A DNA stretch of 64,000 bases from Eledone cirrhosa (GCA_964016885.1 OZ024756.1:30008001-30072000), one strand, 5' to 3'. Shown: positions 15,357 through 28,085, numbered from the stretch's first letter. The notes: a model not told the origin generated them from the sequence alone. Numbers and translations are program-made.

Positions 15357-15804
15357 AGTGTGTATACAAAAAACATGTAAAAGCATTGACTGAAACACAG
15401 ACACATTTGTAAAAATCATTAAATCATTAACTGTTCAAAATATTGATTTTTCACAGACCCAGATCACATTCCTGACCAATCTCTAGTTCCCCCATTTGGA
15501 ATTGTGATCTAGTAATTTTTCGCCCAAATTCCATATTAACATGAGCAAACTTTTTCAAGCATCTATATACGTATAGTCCAGGGAATCACAGAAAACCAGA
15601 TTACCTTCTCCCCACCCTCACCCTCACCCTACCCCACCTCTCCAACCCCATCTCACTTTGCAATCCCATATTTCCTCAGTCCTCTGCTTTCCGTTTTAAA
15701 TTGTCATCTAATAAATTTTTACCAGAGCGCCATATTAACATGAACAAGCTTTCCAAACTTCAATAAATGTCTAGTCCCAAATGGGATTAAATTTAAAGTA
15801 TCAG

Positions 15805-17367
15805 CAGCAGCATCAACTGCAGCATCAACTGAAGTAACAACAGTAACAATAACTACAGAACTACAGCAACATGTACAACAACAACTGCAACAATAACAGC
15901 AACAATAACAGCAACAACAGTAACAATAACTACAGAACTACAGCAACATATACAACAACAACTGCAGCATCAACAGCAACAATAACTGCAACAATAACAG
16001 CACCAACAGTAACAATAACTACAGAACTACAGCAACATATAAAATAACAACTGCAGCAAAAATTGCAGCAACAACTGCAGCACAAACTACAACAACAACT
16101 GCAGCAATAACAGCAACAGCAGTAACAATAACTACAGAACTACAGCAACATATACAATAACAACTGCAGCAAAATCTACAGCATCAACTGCAGCAATAAC
16201 AGCAACAACAACTGCAACAATAACAGCACCAACAGTAGCAATAACTACAGAACTACAGCAACATATACAACAACAACTGCAGCAAACCCTTAAGCAACAA
16301 CTGCAGCAACAGCAGCAAGAACAGTAAAAATAACCACAGCAACAAATACAGCAACAACTCTTGCAACAACAACAGTAACAACTACAGCAATAACAGTAAC
16401 AAAATCACAACAAGAAATACAGTAACATCTGCAGCAACAATATCAACAACATCAGCAGCAACAACAACAGTAACAACTACAGCAATAACCACAACAACAA
16501 ATGTAGCACCAACTGCAGCAATATCCACATCAACAACTGCAACAACAACTGCAGCAACAATAGCAGAAATTACTAAAATAACAATTACTGCAACAACAAC
16601 AACAACAGCAACAGCAGCAACAACTGCAGCAACAACTACAGTAACACTATAGAAATAACAGCAGCAATGACCACAGCAATAACAACAACAACAACAACGG
16701 CCACGGCAACAGCAGTAACAAATGCAGCTGTTGCATTTATTACTGCAACTCTGCCAATTATATATTGTATCAGATACAAGTAGCATTAAAACGACTGCAC
16801 CATCACCAACAGCAGTCGTAGCAATAGTAGTAGCAGCAGCTGCAGTGAAGAATTGCATGAATGGCAGCAGCAGTAGCTATAGCAACCAGCAACCAGAACC
16901 AACAGCAATAACAAAGACAGCAGCACGGTAGCAACAATAACAGTAATGGTAACAACCAGCCATAGAACCAACTAACCAACCAGGCAACCAACGAGCCAAC
17001 CAAACAATCAGCCAACCAGCCAACCAGACAATCAGCCAACCAGCCAACCAAACAATCAGCCAACCAACCAGGCAACCAGACAATCAGCCAACCAGCCAAC
17101 CAGCCAATGAATCAACCAATGAATCAACCAAATAACCAACTAACCAGTCAACTAACCAGCCAATTAGCCAACCAGCCAAACAATGAGTCAAACAACCAAC
17201 CAACTAACCAACCAACCAACCAACCAACCTACCAACCTACCAACTAGCCAACTAACCAGCCAACCAAGCAGACAATCAGCCAACTGACCAGCCAATCAGC
17301 CAACCAGCCAGCCAGCCAACTAACCTGCCAACCAACAAGTTAACCAACCAACAAACCAACCAGCCAA
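15805..17367. repeat. Degenerate CAA/CAG-rich minisatellite followed by an accaaccagc repeat
   Basis: Recurring aacaataactacagaactacagcaacat; (ACCA/GCCA)n from about 16965. Confidence 0.85.
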
Positions 17368-17370
17368 TAA

Positions 17371-18782
17371 TAATTGTTTCTACTTTTGGCACAAGGCCAG
17401 CAATTATATCATTACATTACTGGTACTTTATTTTATCGACCCCGATTTTATCAATCAGCTAATAATAATAATAATGGTTTCTTATAATTATTAATGAAGC
17501 CAAAAGCGGTGGATTGACAGTATCAGTAGGAATTGGACACTATGCTTCGCAGCATAGAATTACGGCCCTTTATGTCCTGAGTTCAAATCCCGCTGACGTT
17601 AGTTTTGCCTTACGGGGTCGATATCATAAGGTACCAGGCATGCACTGATGTCGATTTAAAACGTCTTCCGCTCCTCTTCAAATTGCTGGCCTTGTGCCTA
17701 AAGTAGAAACATTTATTATTATTATTATCTTCGGAAAAAAATGCTTTGCGGAATTTAATTACGACGTTCTACGTTCTGAGTTCAAATCCCGCCGACCTTT
17801 CATCCCGCCTTTCATCCTTACGGGATCGATTTAAAATGTTTTCCCTTTCCCTTTAAATTATTGGAAAAGTGCCAAAAGTAGAAATAATTATGATTGAATA
17901 ATTATGAATGACAGAAAGATGGCAGAAAGATGACAGAATCTATAGAGCGTAGCACAAAATAGATTTTGGTATTCCATCTGGCACTTTACGTCCTTTGTGA
18001 GTTCTAATTCCACCGATGTCAACTTGGCCTTACACCCCTCCGGGGTCAGTAAAATGAAGTACTCTGAGGCTAGAGTCGATGTAATTAAGTTCTTCCTCCC
18101 ATCAACATTGCTGGCGGTGGATTGGCAGTATCGGTAGAGGGTCGGACGCCATGCTTAGCAGCATAGAGTTACGTCCCTTTTCGGTCTGAGTTCAAATCCC
18201 GCCGAGGTTAACTTTGCCTTTGATCCTTACGGGGTCGATAAAATACACTGGGGTAATTGCTGGCCTTGTGCCAGAAGTACCAGTAATACACTGTAATAAT
18301 TGCTGGCCTTGTGCCAGAAGTAGAAAGATTATTATCGTTGCATCCTATCCCGTACCTAATACTTTGCTTTATATAAACCCTTGTGGTAATAAAAACATCC
18401 TTATTATCGGTAGAGCGTCAGACACCATGCTTTGCAGCAGCATGGAGTTATGACCCTTTACGTTCTGAGTTCAAATCCCGCCGAGGTTAACATTGCCTTT
18501 CATCCTTACGGGGTCGATAAAAAAAGTACCAGTAATACACTGATATAATTGCTGACCTTGTGCCAAAAGTACCAGTAATACACTGATATAATTGCTGGCC
18601 TTGTGCCAAAAGTACCAGTAATACACTGTTTAATTGCTGGCCTTGCGCCAAAAGTACCAGTAATACACTGATATAATTGCTGGCCTTGTGCCAAAAGCAG
18701 AAACAATTATATCTAAATTAGAAACAATTATTATAATTTTTTTATGGCGGAGGGAAGATTGGCAGAATCGTTAGAGCGTCGC
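17371..18782 (+). mobile_element. Cluster of about 6 tRNA-derived SINE copies and fragments (octopod-type; central gcctttcatccttacggggtcgataaa resembling the Nin/Deu domain)
   Basis: Head tggattggcagtatcgg, B-box-like gagttcaaatcc, tail tgctggccttgtgccaaaagtagaaac; a minus-strand tail at 17371-17444. Confidence 0.85.
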
Positions 18783-19133
18783 TGCAACAGCAGCAGCACC
18801 ACTAAGTAGTAGTAGCAGTAGTAGTAGTGGTAGCCATTTGCCCACGTCCTCTTCCAAATCTACCATACTTTACAATTAATGGTCACAGCCTGAAAACATC
18901 ATGTCGATCACATTTCTTCTCTATAAACAGGAATAAAAGACTTAATCAAACACCAAGATTAATACCAACATCTTAGACATGTCTTTAAAAAAACTAGGGA
19001 TCATAGGTGCTTTCTGCCTTTCTATATATTACGACAAAGTTATAATATATATATATATATATACACATATGTCCCAAGGCTCTGACGCCATCAACAGCAT
19101 AAACACAGAGCTGGCATATCTAAGAACTGACTA

Positions 19134-19189
19134 ACTGCCTGATGAGGTCATAGCCACTCAATGGCTATCATCGAAATATATATAGCAGT
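19134..19189 (+). ncRNA. Type I hammerhead ribozyme
   Basis: ACTGC CTGATGA GGTCATAGCCA ctcaa TGGCTATCATC GAAA TATATA TA GCAGT, then AATAAA; unit flanked by (TA)n. Confidence 0.9.
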
Positions 19190-19230
19190 AAATAAAGGAT
19201 TATGAGTTCATGCAATTGACTTATGTTTCG

Positions 19231-19268
<38 letters not shown>

Positions 19269-19333
19269 GTTAAGGGTGAAAGCAGCGATTCTTTGCTTAA
19301 ACTTTAATCTGTTATTTTAATAAATATATATAT

Positions 19334-19559
19334 AACGAAGGAAATGTGGTAAGAAACCAGGTGGACCATAACGCACCAAAGTACTCAATACTTAGGGTAG
19401 TAGAGTGGGTAATAGGAACGAGTAGGACCCCGACGAGTATGACCCTGTCCAGAATTAGCCGTCGAAACGGCTTGAGATCAGCCGTCGGAGTCGAAACGGC
19501 TTGAGCTCAGCCGTCGGGGTCGAAACGGCTTGAGCTCAGCCGTCGGGGTCCTGCTCGTT

Positions 19560-19563
<4 letters not shown>
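19334..19563 (-). mobile_element. Family A fold-back with a triplicated short arm
   Basis: gtcgaaacggcttgagctcagccgtcggg occurs three times in 19461-19550. Confidence 0.85.
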
Positions 19564-19610
<47 letters not shown>

Positions 19611-19632
19611 TGTTATCATTTATTTTGTTTTG

Positions 19633-19833
19633 ACCTGTTTAGCTTGATTTCGTTTTTGGCTTGGGCGGTTAATGACTTCTTGACCACCTTTTCAGTTTTG
19701 TATGGCTCCTTAACACATTGTTTAGCTCTGGTTTTTAACTATTGAGCACTTTGTGCCAGTATCATTTCTGATTTTTGCGTTTCGCTTCGCCTTTCCTGCC
19801 CGCCGAAAATGAGATTCTCGCTGAATCTTTATT

Positions 19834-19836
<3 letters not shown>
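19633..19836 (-). mobile_element. Family E TA-embedded dispersed repeat
   Basis: Reverse-complement homology to 49665-49865 (agcgagaatc..ttcggcggg..agcgaaacgca..ccagagcta..cattaacc..aagctaaac). Confidence 0.7.
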
Positions 19837-19870
<34 letters not shown>

Positions 19871-20203
19871 TTATTAAAATAACAGATTAAAGTTTAAGCA
19901 AAGAATCGTTGCTTTCACCCTTAACGGGATCTTCTGAAACATATATATATATCCCTTCAATATACTGCACCGATTGTGTTGTTATTTCTGTTTACCTTTT
20001 ACATACACATATATATACACACACACACACACACAGACACACATATATATATATATATATATATATGGGTGTGTGTGTGTGTGTGTGTATGTGTGTGTAT
20101 GTGTGTTTGTGTGTGTGTAAAAGGTAAACAGGAATAACAACACAATAGGTACAGTATATGGAAGGAATATATTAGGATGACGCTTGAAATAGCAGGAAGA
20201 GAG

Positions 20204-20239
20204 TCTTAACGTTTCGGACACTAGTCCTTCATCAGAAGA
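20204..20239 (-). ncRNA. Minimal type I hammerhead ribozyme
   Basis: Minus strand: TCTT CTGATGA A GGAC tagt GTCC GAAA CG TT AAGA. Confidence 0.9.
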
Positions 20240-20366
20240 AAGAATGAGAAATAAGATAGATTAAAGGGACGGGCGGGGTGGGATTGGAAAAATTGTCTTT
20301 AGATAAAAAATAACAGGTCCATGTGTGTGTGTGTGTGTGTATGTGTGAGTGTATGGATATACTTCT

Positions 20367-20450
<84 letters not shown>

Positions 20451-20887
20451 TTTCAAGCGTGAACCTAATACTAACACTTTGTACTGCACTCTTCGTTGTT
20501 GTTTTTGTTTTTTGTTTTAACTTATATATATATATATATATATATATACAAATTTTAGTACAGCATTAACGAAGCTTTAGTCTGCGGCCAAGCTAACGAA
20601 TGCAAATTCGGTATGTGGCTTTAGCACTCGAATGGGAATAGTACCCCAGAGTAATAACAATACGTTTAGACAGCTTAGCAAATCAAATATAGCGATCGGC
20701 AGTCCAGCCGCATTACCACAGCAACGAGAATGGTTGGACTCAGGAAAAGATATGATCATGCTTTATTTTTATTTATTATATTTTTTGTCTTTATTTGTTA
20801 ATTTTTCATTCGCACCGTTTCCTTTCGCTATATGTCTCTCCACCACTCCCCTACACACCTTTTGAACTTTGTTCCCACACACTTCTC

Positions 20888-20919
20888 ACCTGAAGAAGGG
20901 CTTATGCCCGAAACGTCGT
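20888..20919 (+). ncRNA. Minimal type I hammerhead ribozyme
   Basis: AC CTGAAGA A GGGC ttat GCCC GAAA CG TC GT; AATAAA near 20956; then (TA)n. Confidence 0.85.
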
Positions 20920-21005
20920 CCCGCACCTACCCCCCACTCTCCTGAGCGTGAATTTAATAAACATTTATTGTACTGCCTCTCTGTTCTGTCCCTGTTCAAT
21001 TTTTC

Positions 21006-21060
<55 letters not shown>

Positions 21061-21108
21061 ATACATTAACGGAGCCATAGACTCTCGCCGTTCCCTTTAA
21101 ATAATGTG

Positions 21109-21163
<55 letters not shown>

Positions 21164-21399
21164 GCCGCTAGAAAAGAGCCGTCATTTTGGGAGAGCAGCC
21201 ATTTTATCTTGTTCTTTGTCAACTTCAGAAGATGTATGGGAATCAATCCAATAATGGTTGGCTATTCACCTTTTATCAAGTACACCAGAACATGATAATC
21301 TGTTCGACAACAGCTGGAAGCAAGTTACCTCTTTTGCCTTCTTAACACGATTCCTTTTGTACTGTAACACAAAAAAAAACAGAAAGAAAACATACATAG

Positions 21400-22242
21400 G
21401 ATCAACAGCATCAAGGGCAAAAATCTACAACAACACCAGGAAAAACAATACCACCACCACCACCACCACCACCAGCAACAACAACAACAACAACAATAAC
21501 AACAACAACGACAACGACAACAGTATCAACGTCAAATATCTACAACAGCACCAGTAAAAACAATAACACCACCACCACCACCACCACCACCACCACCAGC
21601 ACCATCAACAATAACAACAACAATAACAACAACAACAACAACAACAACAGAATCAACGTTAAAAATTTACAACAGCACCAGCAAAAACAATACCACCACC
21701 ACCACCACCATCACCGTCAACACCATCATCAACACCACCATCAACAGCAGCAGCAGTAGCAACAACAACAATAGTATCAACGTCAAAAGTCTACAATTAC
21801 AGCAGCAAAAAGAACAACAACAACCGCAGTATCAACGGCAAAAATAATAGCACCACCACTAGCACCAGCAGCAGTAGCAGCAGCAGTAGCAGCAGCAGTA
21901 GCAGCAGAAGTGACAACGACAGTTTAAACGTCAAAAATCTACAATAGCGGCACCACCACCACCACCACACCACCACCACCACCACCACACCACCACCACC
22001 ACCACCACCACCACCACCACCACTACCACCACCACCACCACCACCACCACCACCACCACCACCACCACCACCACCACTACCACCACCACCACCACCACCA
22101 CTACCACCACCACCACAACCACCACCACCACCAACAACAAGAACAATATCAACTCCAAAAACTAAACAATGAACAAAAACAAAAACAACAACGACCATAG
22201 CAAATACCATAGTAACAACACCAACAACACCAACAACAACTG

Positions 22243-22276
<34 letters not shown>

Positions 22277-22280
22277 AATT
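21400..22280. repeat. Compound ACC/AAC/AGC repeats with a recurring atcaacgtcaaaa spacer
   Basis: Directly visible. Confidence 0.8.
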
Positions 22281-22299
22281 ATAACACCTTTAAATCCTC

Positions 22300-22680
22300 C
22301 TCTCTACATCAATTAGCACCAAACTCTCCCCCTCTCTATATCTACTACTGGGAACTCGCTTCCAATCACCCTCCCTACATCAATTAACACCAAACTATCC
22401 CCCCTCTCTATATCTACTACACGAAATTCTCTTCCAATCCCCCTCTCTATATTAATTAACACCAAATTCTCTCACTCTCTATATCTACAACACGAAACTC
22501 TCTTCCAATACCCCTCTCTATATCACTTAAAATCAAACCCCTCCTCTATATCTATTACTGAGTACTCGCTTCCAAACCCCCGCTCTATATCAATTAGCAC
22601 CAAACTCTCCTCCTCTCTATATCTACTACTGGGTACTCGCTTCCAACCCCCCTCTCTATATCAATTAGCACCAAACTCAC
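22300..22680. repeat. ~71-bp minisatellite, about 5 copies
   Basis: aattagcaccaaactct recurs at about 22311, 22382, 22454, 22592 and 22663. Confidence 0.85.
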
Positions 22681-22689
22681 ACCCACGAT

Positions 22690-22960
22690 GTGTAATGTAA
22701 AGACACGATGTGTTGTATAAATACACACACGATGTGTAGTGTAAAGCCATACACGATCTGTAGTGTAAATACACACACGATAAGTCACGTAAATACACAC
22801 ACGATGTGTAGCATAAACATATACACGATAAGTAACGTAAACACACACATAACATGTTGTGTAAATACACACACAAGGTGTGTAGTGTAAAGATACACAC
22901 ATGACGTATAATTTAAAAACACAATGTGTAGTGTAAATACACACACAATGTAGCCTAAAA
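22690..22960. repeat. ~24-bp minisatellite (aaatacacacacgatgtgtagtgt)
   Basis: Tandem degenerate units. Confidence 0.8.
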
Positions 22961-22982
22961 ACACGCACACAATCTTGAGCCG

Positions 22983-23597
22983 AACCCGCACCAACCACTA
23001 AGCCACGCTCCTTCATGCAGTATAGTGCAGTGTAGTGCAGTATAGTGCAGTATAGTACAGTATAGTGCAGTACAGTGAAGTATAGTGTAGTGTGATGCAG
23101 TATAGTGCAGTATAGTGCAGTATAGTGCAGTATAGTGCAGTATAGTGCAGTCTAGTGTAGTGCAGTGCAGTGTAGTGCAGTGTATTGTACAGTCAAAATA
23201 CATTTCCATTGTGTCCATTAAAACCCGCACCAACCACTAGGCAACGCTCCTTCATGCAGTATAGTGCAGTATAGTGCAGTATAATGCAGCATAGTGCAAT
23301 ATAGTGCAGTATAATGCAGTGTAATGCAGTATAATGCAGTCTAGTGTAGTATAGTGCAGTATAATGCAGTGTAGTGCAGTGCAGTATAATGCAGTGTAGT
23401 GTATTGTACACTATAAAAATACATTTCCATTGTGTCCATTAAAATCCGCACCAACCACTAAGCTACGCTCCTTCATGCAGTATAGTGCAGTATAGTGCAG
23501 TATAATGCAGTATAGTGCAGTATAATGCAGTGTAATGCAGTGCAGTGTAGTGTATTGTACACTGTCAAAGTACATCTCCATAGTGTCCATTAAAATC
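22983..23597. repeat. Three tandem units, each enclosing a variable (tatagtgcag)n array
   Basis: ccgcaccaaccacta..gctccttcatgcag at about 22985, 23225 and 23446. Confidence 0.85.
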
Positions 23598-23847
23598 TAT
23601 TGCAGCTATGTAGAAGTGCAATGCGGTGAAGTGTAGCATCAATGATAAGTGCTTGCAATTGCTGGAAGATATTCAGATTTCAAATGAATGTTTATGAAAT
23701 GTTTTAAGCTTGCCAAACCACATCAGTGTTGCCATATTTTCATATTAACTAATCTATAATGAAATATAATCGAACGTAATCGAACATAATCGAATTCAAA
23801 CCATTAAGAGTTTGAGTAAAATCTGACTTGTGGGCGTTCTACGAAGG

Positions 23848-24487
23848 ATGGTGGTGGTGGTGGTGGTGGTGGTGGTGGTGGTGGCGGTGGTGGTGGTGGC
23901 GATGGTAATGGTGGTGGTGGTGACGACGACGACGACGACGGTGATGATGATGATGATGATGATGATGATGGTATGATGATGATGGTGATGATGATGGTGA
24001 TGATGGTGGTGATGATGATGAGGAGGACGATAATAATGATGATGACGATGGTGATGATGGTGATGATGGTGATGATGATGGTGATGATGATGGTGATGAT
24101 GGTGATGATGGTGATGATGGTGGTGATGATGGTGATGACGATGGTGACGATGGTGATGATGGTGATGATGGTGATGATGATGGTGATGATGGTGATGATG
24201 GTGATGATGATGGTGATGATGGTGATGATGGTGATGATGGTGATGATGATGGTGATGATGGTGATGATGGTGATGATGATGGTGATGATGGTGATGATGG
24301 TGATGATGATGGTGATGATGGTGATGATGATGGTGATGATGATGATGATGATGGTGATGATGGTAATGATGGTGATGATGATGGTGATGATGGTGATGAT
24401 GGTGATGATGATGGTGATGATGGTGATGATGATGGTGATGATGATGATGGTGATGGTGGTGATGATGGTGATGATGGTGATGATGAC
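23848..24487. repeat. (GAT/GGT)n microsatellite
   Basis: Directly visible. Confidence 0.95.
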
Positions 24488-24499
24488 AACCTTTGAGTT

Positions 24500-24778
24500 A
24501 GATGTTCAAGCCACAGGTCAACCGGAAGTTGTAGTGGAATAGATTTAGCCAATATGTCAACTGAGAGTAAGACCTTGAACCCCCCGGAACAATATGGCTG
24601 TGAGACGAACTCCTTAACCACACCACCATTGGAACAATATGGCTGTGAGACGAACTCCTTAACCACACCACCATTGGAACAAGATGGCTGTGAGACGAAC
24701 TCCTTAACCACACAACCATTGGAACAAGATGGCTGTGAGACGAACTCCTTAACCACACAACCATTGGAACAAGATGGA
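24500..24778 (-). mobile_element. tRNA-derived SINE with its 45-bp head amplified four times
   Basis: Unit reverse complement tggtgtggttaaggagttcgtctcacagccat resembles the SINE head at 41959 (tggttaaggagttcgcttc). Confidence 0.65.
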
Positions 24779-24897
24779 AGACAAAAGGAACTCTCCTGGG
24801 ACTTGAACTTTCAACACCAATAAACCAAAGATATCTAAACTACAGGAGATATCTTATCCGGCGCTCTACCGGTTATTGCAGCCCCCTAACGCCTACG

Positions 24898-25099
24898 TGG
24901 ATGATGATGGTGATGGTGGTGGTGGTGGTGGTGGTGATGGTGGTGGTGGTGATGATGATGATGGTGGTGGTGGTGATGGTGGTGGTGGTGGTGATGGTGG
25001 TGGTGGTGGTGGTGGTGATGATGATGGTGATGGTGGTGGTGGTGATGGTGGTGGTAGTGGTGATGGTGGTGATGATGATGGTGGTGGTGGTGATGGTGG

Positions 25100-25130
<31 letters not shown>

Positions 25131-25860
25131 GGTGGTGGTGATGATGATGATGATGGTGGTGGTGGTGATGGTGGTGGTGATGGTGGTGGTGATGGTGGTG
25201 GTGATGGTGGTGGTGATGGTGATGATGGTGGTGGTGGTGATGATGATGATGGTGATGGTGGTGGTGATGGTGGTGGTGATGGTGGTGGTGATGGTGATGG
25301 TGGTGATGATGATGATGATGGTGGTGGTGGTGATGATGATGATGGTGATGGTGGTGGTGATGGTGGTGGTGGTGGTGATGGTGGTGGTGATGATGATGAT
25401 GGTGGTGGTGGTGATGGTGGTGGTGATGATGATGATGGTGGTGGTGGTGATGGTGGTGATGATGATGGTGGTGGTGGTGGTGGTGATGGTGGTGGTGATG
25501 GTGATGGTGGTGATGATGATGATGATGGTGGTGGTGGTGATGATGATGATGGTGATGGTGGTGGTGATGGTAGTGGTGATGGTGGTGGTGATGGTGATGG
25601 TGGTGATGATGATGATGATGGTGGTGGTGGTGATGATGATGATGGTGATGGTGGTGGTGATGGTGGTGGTGATGGTGGTGGTGGTGATGATAATGATGAT
25701 GATGATGATGGTGGTGGTGATGACGATGGTGATGGTGGTGGTGGTGGTGATGATGGTGGTGGTGGTGATGACGATGGTGATGGTGGTGGTGATGGTGAGG
25801 ATGGTAATTGATGATGATGATGGTGATGATGATGATGGTAATAATGATGATGATGATAAT
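24898..25860. repeat. (GGT/GAT)n microsatellite
   Basis: Directly visible. Confidence 0.95.
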
Positions 25861-26049
25861 AATTGTCTCTACTTTTGGCACAAGGCCAGCAAATACCCCA
25901 GTACATTACTGGTACTTTATTTTATCGACCCCCGTAAGGATGAAAGGCAAAGTTAACCTCGGCGGGATTTGAACTCAGAATGGCAAGGGCCGTAACTCCA
26001 TGCTGGAAAGCATAGCCTCCGACTCTCTACCGATACTGCCAATCCACCA
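25860..26049 (-). mobile_element. tRNA-derived SINE (same family as 18115)
   Basis: Full-length reverse-complement match. Confidence 0.9.
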
Positions 26050-26254
26050 ATTGATGATGATGATAATACTGATAATGACGAAGAACTTTCAACAGCAATA
26101 GATATCTAAACTCCAGGAGACATCTTATCCGGCGCTCTACCGGTTATTGCTGCCCAACGCCACACCTGGTTCCATATTGTTACAGCTACTATATTATATT
26201 CAAATGTCTTTCTTCATTGCTTTACATAACAGCTGCTGCTTCTTCTTTCACGTC

Positions 26255-26898
26255 TTTTGTTGCTGCTGTTGCTGTTGTTGTTGTCGTTTGTGTTGGTGGT
26301 GGTGTTGTTGTTGTTGTTGTTGGTGTTGTTGTTGTTGTTGTTGGTGGTGGTGGTGTTGTTGTTGTTGGTGTTGTTGGTGGTGGTGGTGTTGGTGGGGTTG
26401 TTGTTGTTGTTGGTGTTGTTGTTGTTGGTGGTGGTGGTGTTGGTGGGGTTGTTGTTGTTGTTGGTGTTGTTGTTGTTGGTGTTGTTGTTGTTGTTGTTGT
26501 TGGTGTTGTTGTTGTTGTTGGTGGTGGGTGTTGTTGTTGGTGGTGGTGTTGGTGGGGTTGTTGTTGGTGTTGTTGTTGTTGTTGGTGGTGGTGTTGTTGT
26601 TGGTGGTGGTGTTGGTGGGGTTGTTGTTGGCGGTGGTGTTGTTGGTGGTGGTGTAGTTGGTGTTGGTGGTGGTGGTGTTGTTGGTGTTGTTGTTGTTGGT
26701 GGTGGTGGTGGTGGTGTTGATGTTGTTGTTGTTGGTGTTGTTGTTGTTGTTGTTGTTGTTGTTGGTGTTGTTGTTGTTTTTGTTATTGTTAATGTTGCTG
26801 TTGTTGTTATTCTTACTGTTGTTGTTGTTACTGTTATTGTTATCGGTGTTGGTTATTGTTGTTGTAGTTGTTGTTATTGTTACTGATGTTGCTGCTGA

Positions 26899-26930
<32 letters not shown>

Positions 26931-26984
26931 ACAGTAGTAGAAGTAGTACTAGCATTCGTAGTAGTAATACTAGTAGTAGTAACA

Positions 26985-27020
<36 letters not shown>

Positions 27021-27052
27021 GTAACAGTAGTAGAAGTAGTAATAGCAGCAGC

Positions 27053-27116
<64 letters not shown>

Positions 27117-27418
27117 ATTGTTGTATGGTCTCACCATAATTACTGCTGGTAGTATTACTGCTGCAGATGCTGCTGCTGGTGTTGTTGCTGCTGTTCTTGT
27201 TGCCATAGCAACCATTGGTATTACTGCTACTACTGTTGCTGTTATTGTTGTTGCTGTCATAGCTAGCGTTTGGTATTATTCCTGTTGTTGCAGTTGCTGA
27301 TGTTGCTGTTGCTGTTATTGTTGTCATAGCTACCGTTGGTATAACTGCTGCTGCTGCTGCTGCCGCTGACGCCCACTGTGGTTAGATTTGGTATATATAT
27401 TGACTACTACCCTTCCCC

Positions 27419-27487
<69 letters not shown>

Positions 27488-27608
27488 TTGTTGTTGGCGA
27501 TGTTGTTGTTACTGTTGTTGTTACTGTTCTTGTTGCTGCTGCTGTTGTTGCTGTTGTTGTTGATGATGCTGTTGTTGTTGCTGTTGTTGTTGTTACTGCA
27601 AATAATGC

Positions 27609-27650
<42 letters not shown>

Positions 27651-27695
27651 CGTTGTTATTACTGCATATGCTGCTATTTGTTGATGTTGTTGTTT
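26255..27695. repeat. (GTT/GGT)n, (GTA)n and (CTA)n arrays
   Basis: Directly visible. Confidence 0.95.
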
Positions 27696-27699
27696 TTGA

Positions 27700-27849
27700 C
27701 GTCCAAAACGGGGCGATATGAGGCAAAATGGGAAGATTTTTACATAATGACAGCTATACCCATTTTCACAATAGAAGACATCCCTCACCCAGCCCCAAAG
27801 TGGGTGGGAGATCTCCCCATCGGACGGGGGGAGAAGAGTTGATAGGTCT
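27700..27849 (+). mobile_element. Partial MITE (right part of the 41759 family)
   Basis: Homology to 41815-41954, ending agagttgataggtct. Confidence 0.75.
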
Positions 27850-27886
27850 GTTGAGTGAAGTAATATGTGTGTGTCTGTTTCTAGAG

Positions 27887-28085
27887 CTAGCATGTCAAAG
27901 ATGCGGCTCTTTACAAAAAAACACCTGCGGCCCACACAAAAGGTTTTTACAGCGCGAACATGTTTTATCTTCGTAATATAACATTTAAAAAAAATTAGTT
28001 GTAATGTGCGCAATTAGTTGTCGTGTGTGGCCCTCAGACAACGCATATGTGACCCATGTGTTTGACCCTCAGTTTGACATGCCTG
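27887..28085 (+). mobile_element. hAT (Charlie-like) MITE
   Basis: gcatgtcaaa...gtttgacatgcctg TIRs; homolog of 34170-34373. Confidence 0.8.

Larger units (their letters stand above)
19264..19933. repeat. Inverted pair of ~60-bp family D units (19264-19325 minus, 19869-19933 plus)
   Basis: ttattaaaataacagattaaagtttaagcaaagaatcgctgctttcaccctta; other copies at 7777, 51530 and 52097. Confidence 0.8.

Noticed and set aside
24876-25956. Gly/Asp-rich and poly-His ORFs
   Set aside because: These are translations of (GGT/GAT)n.
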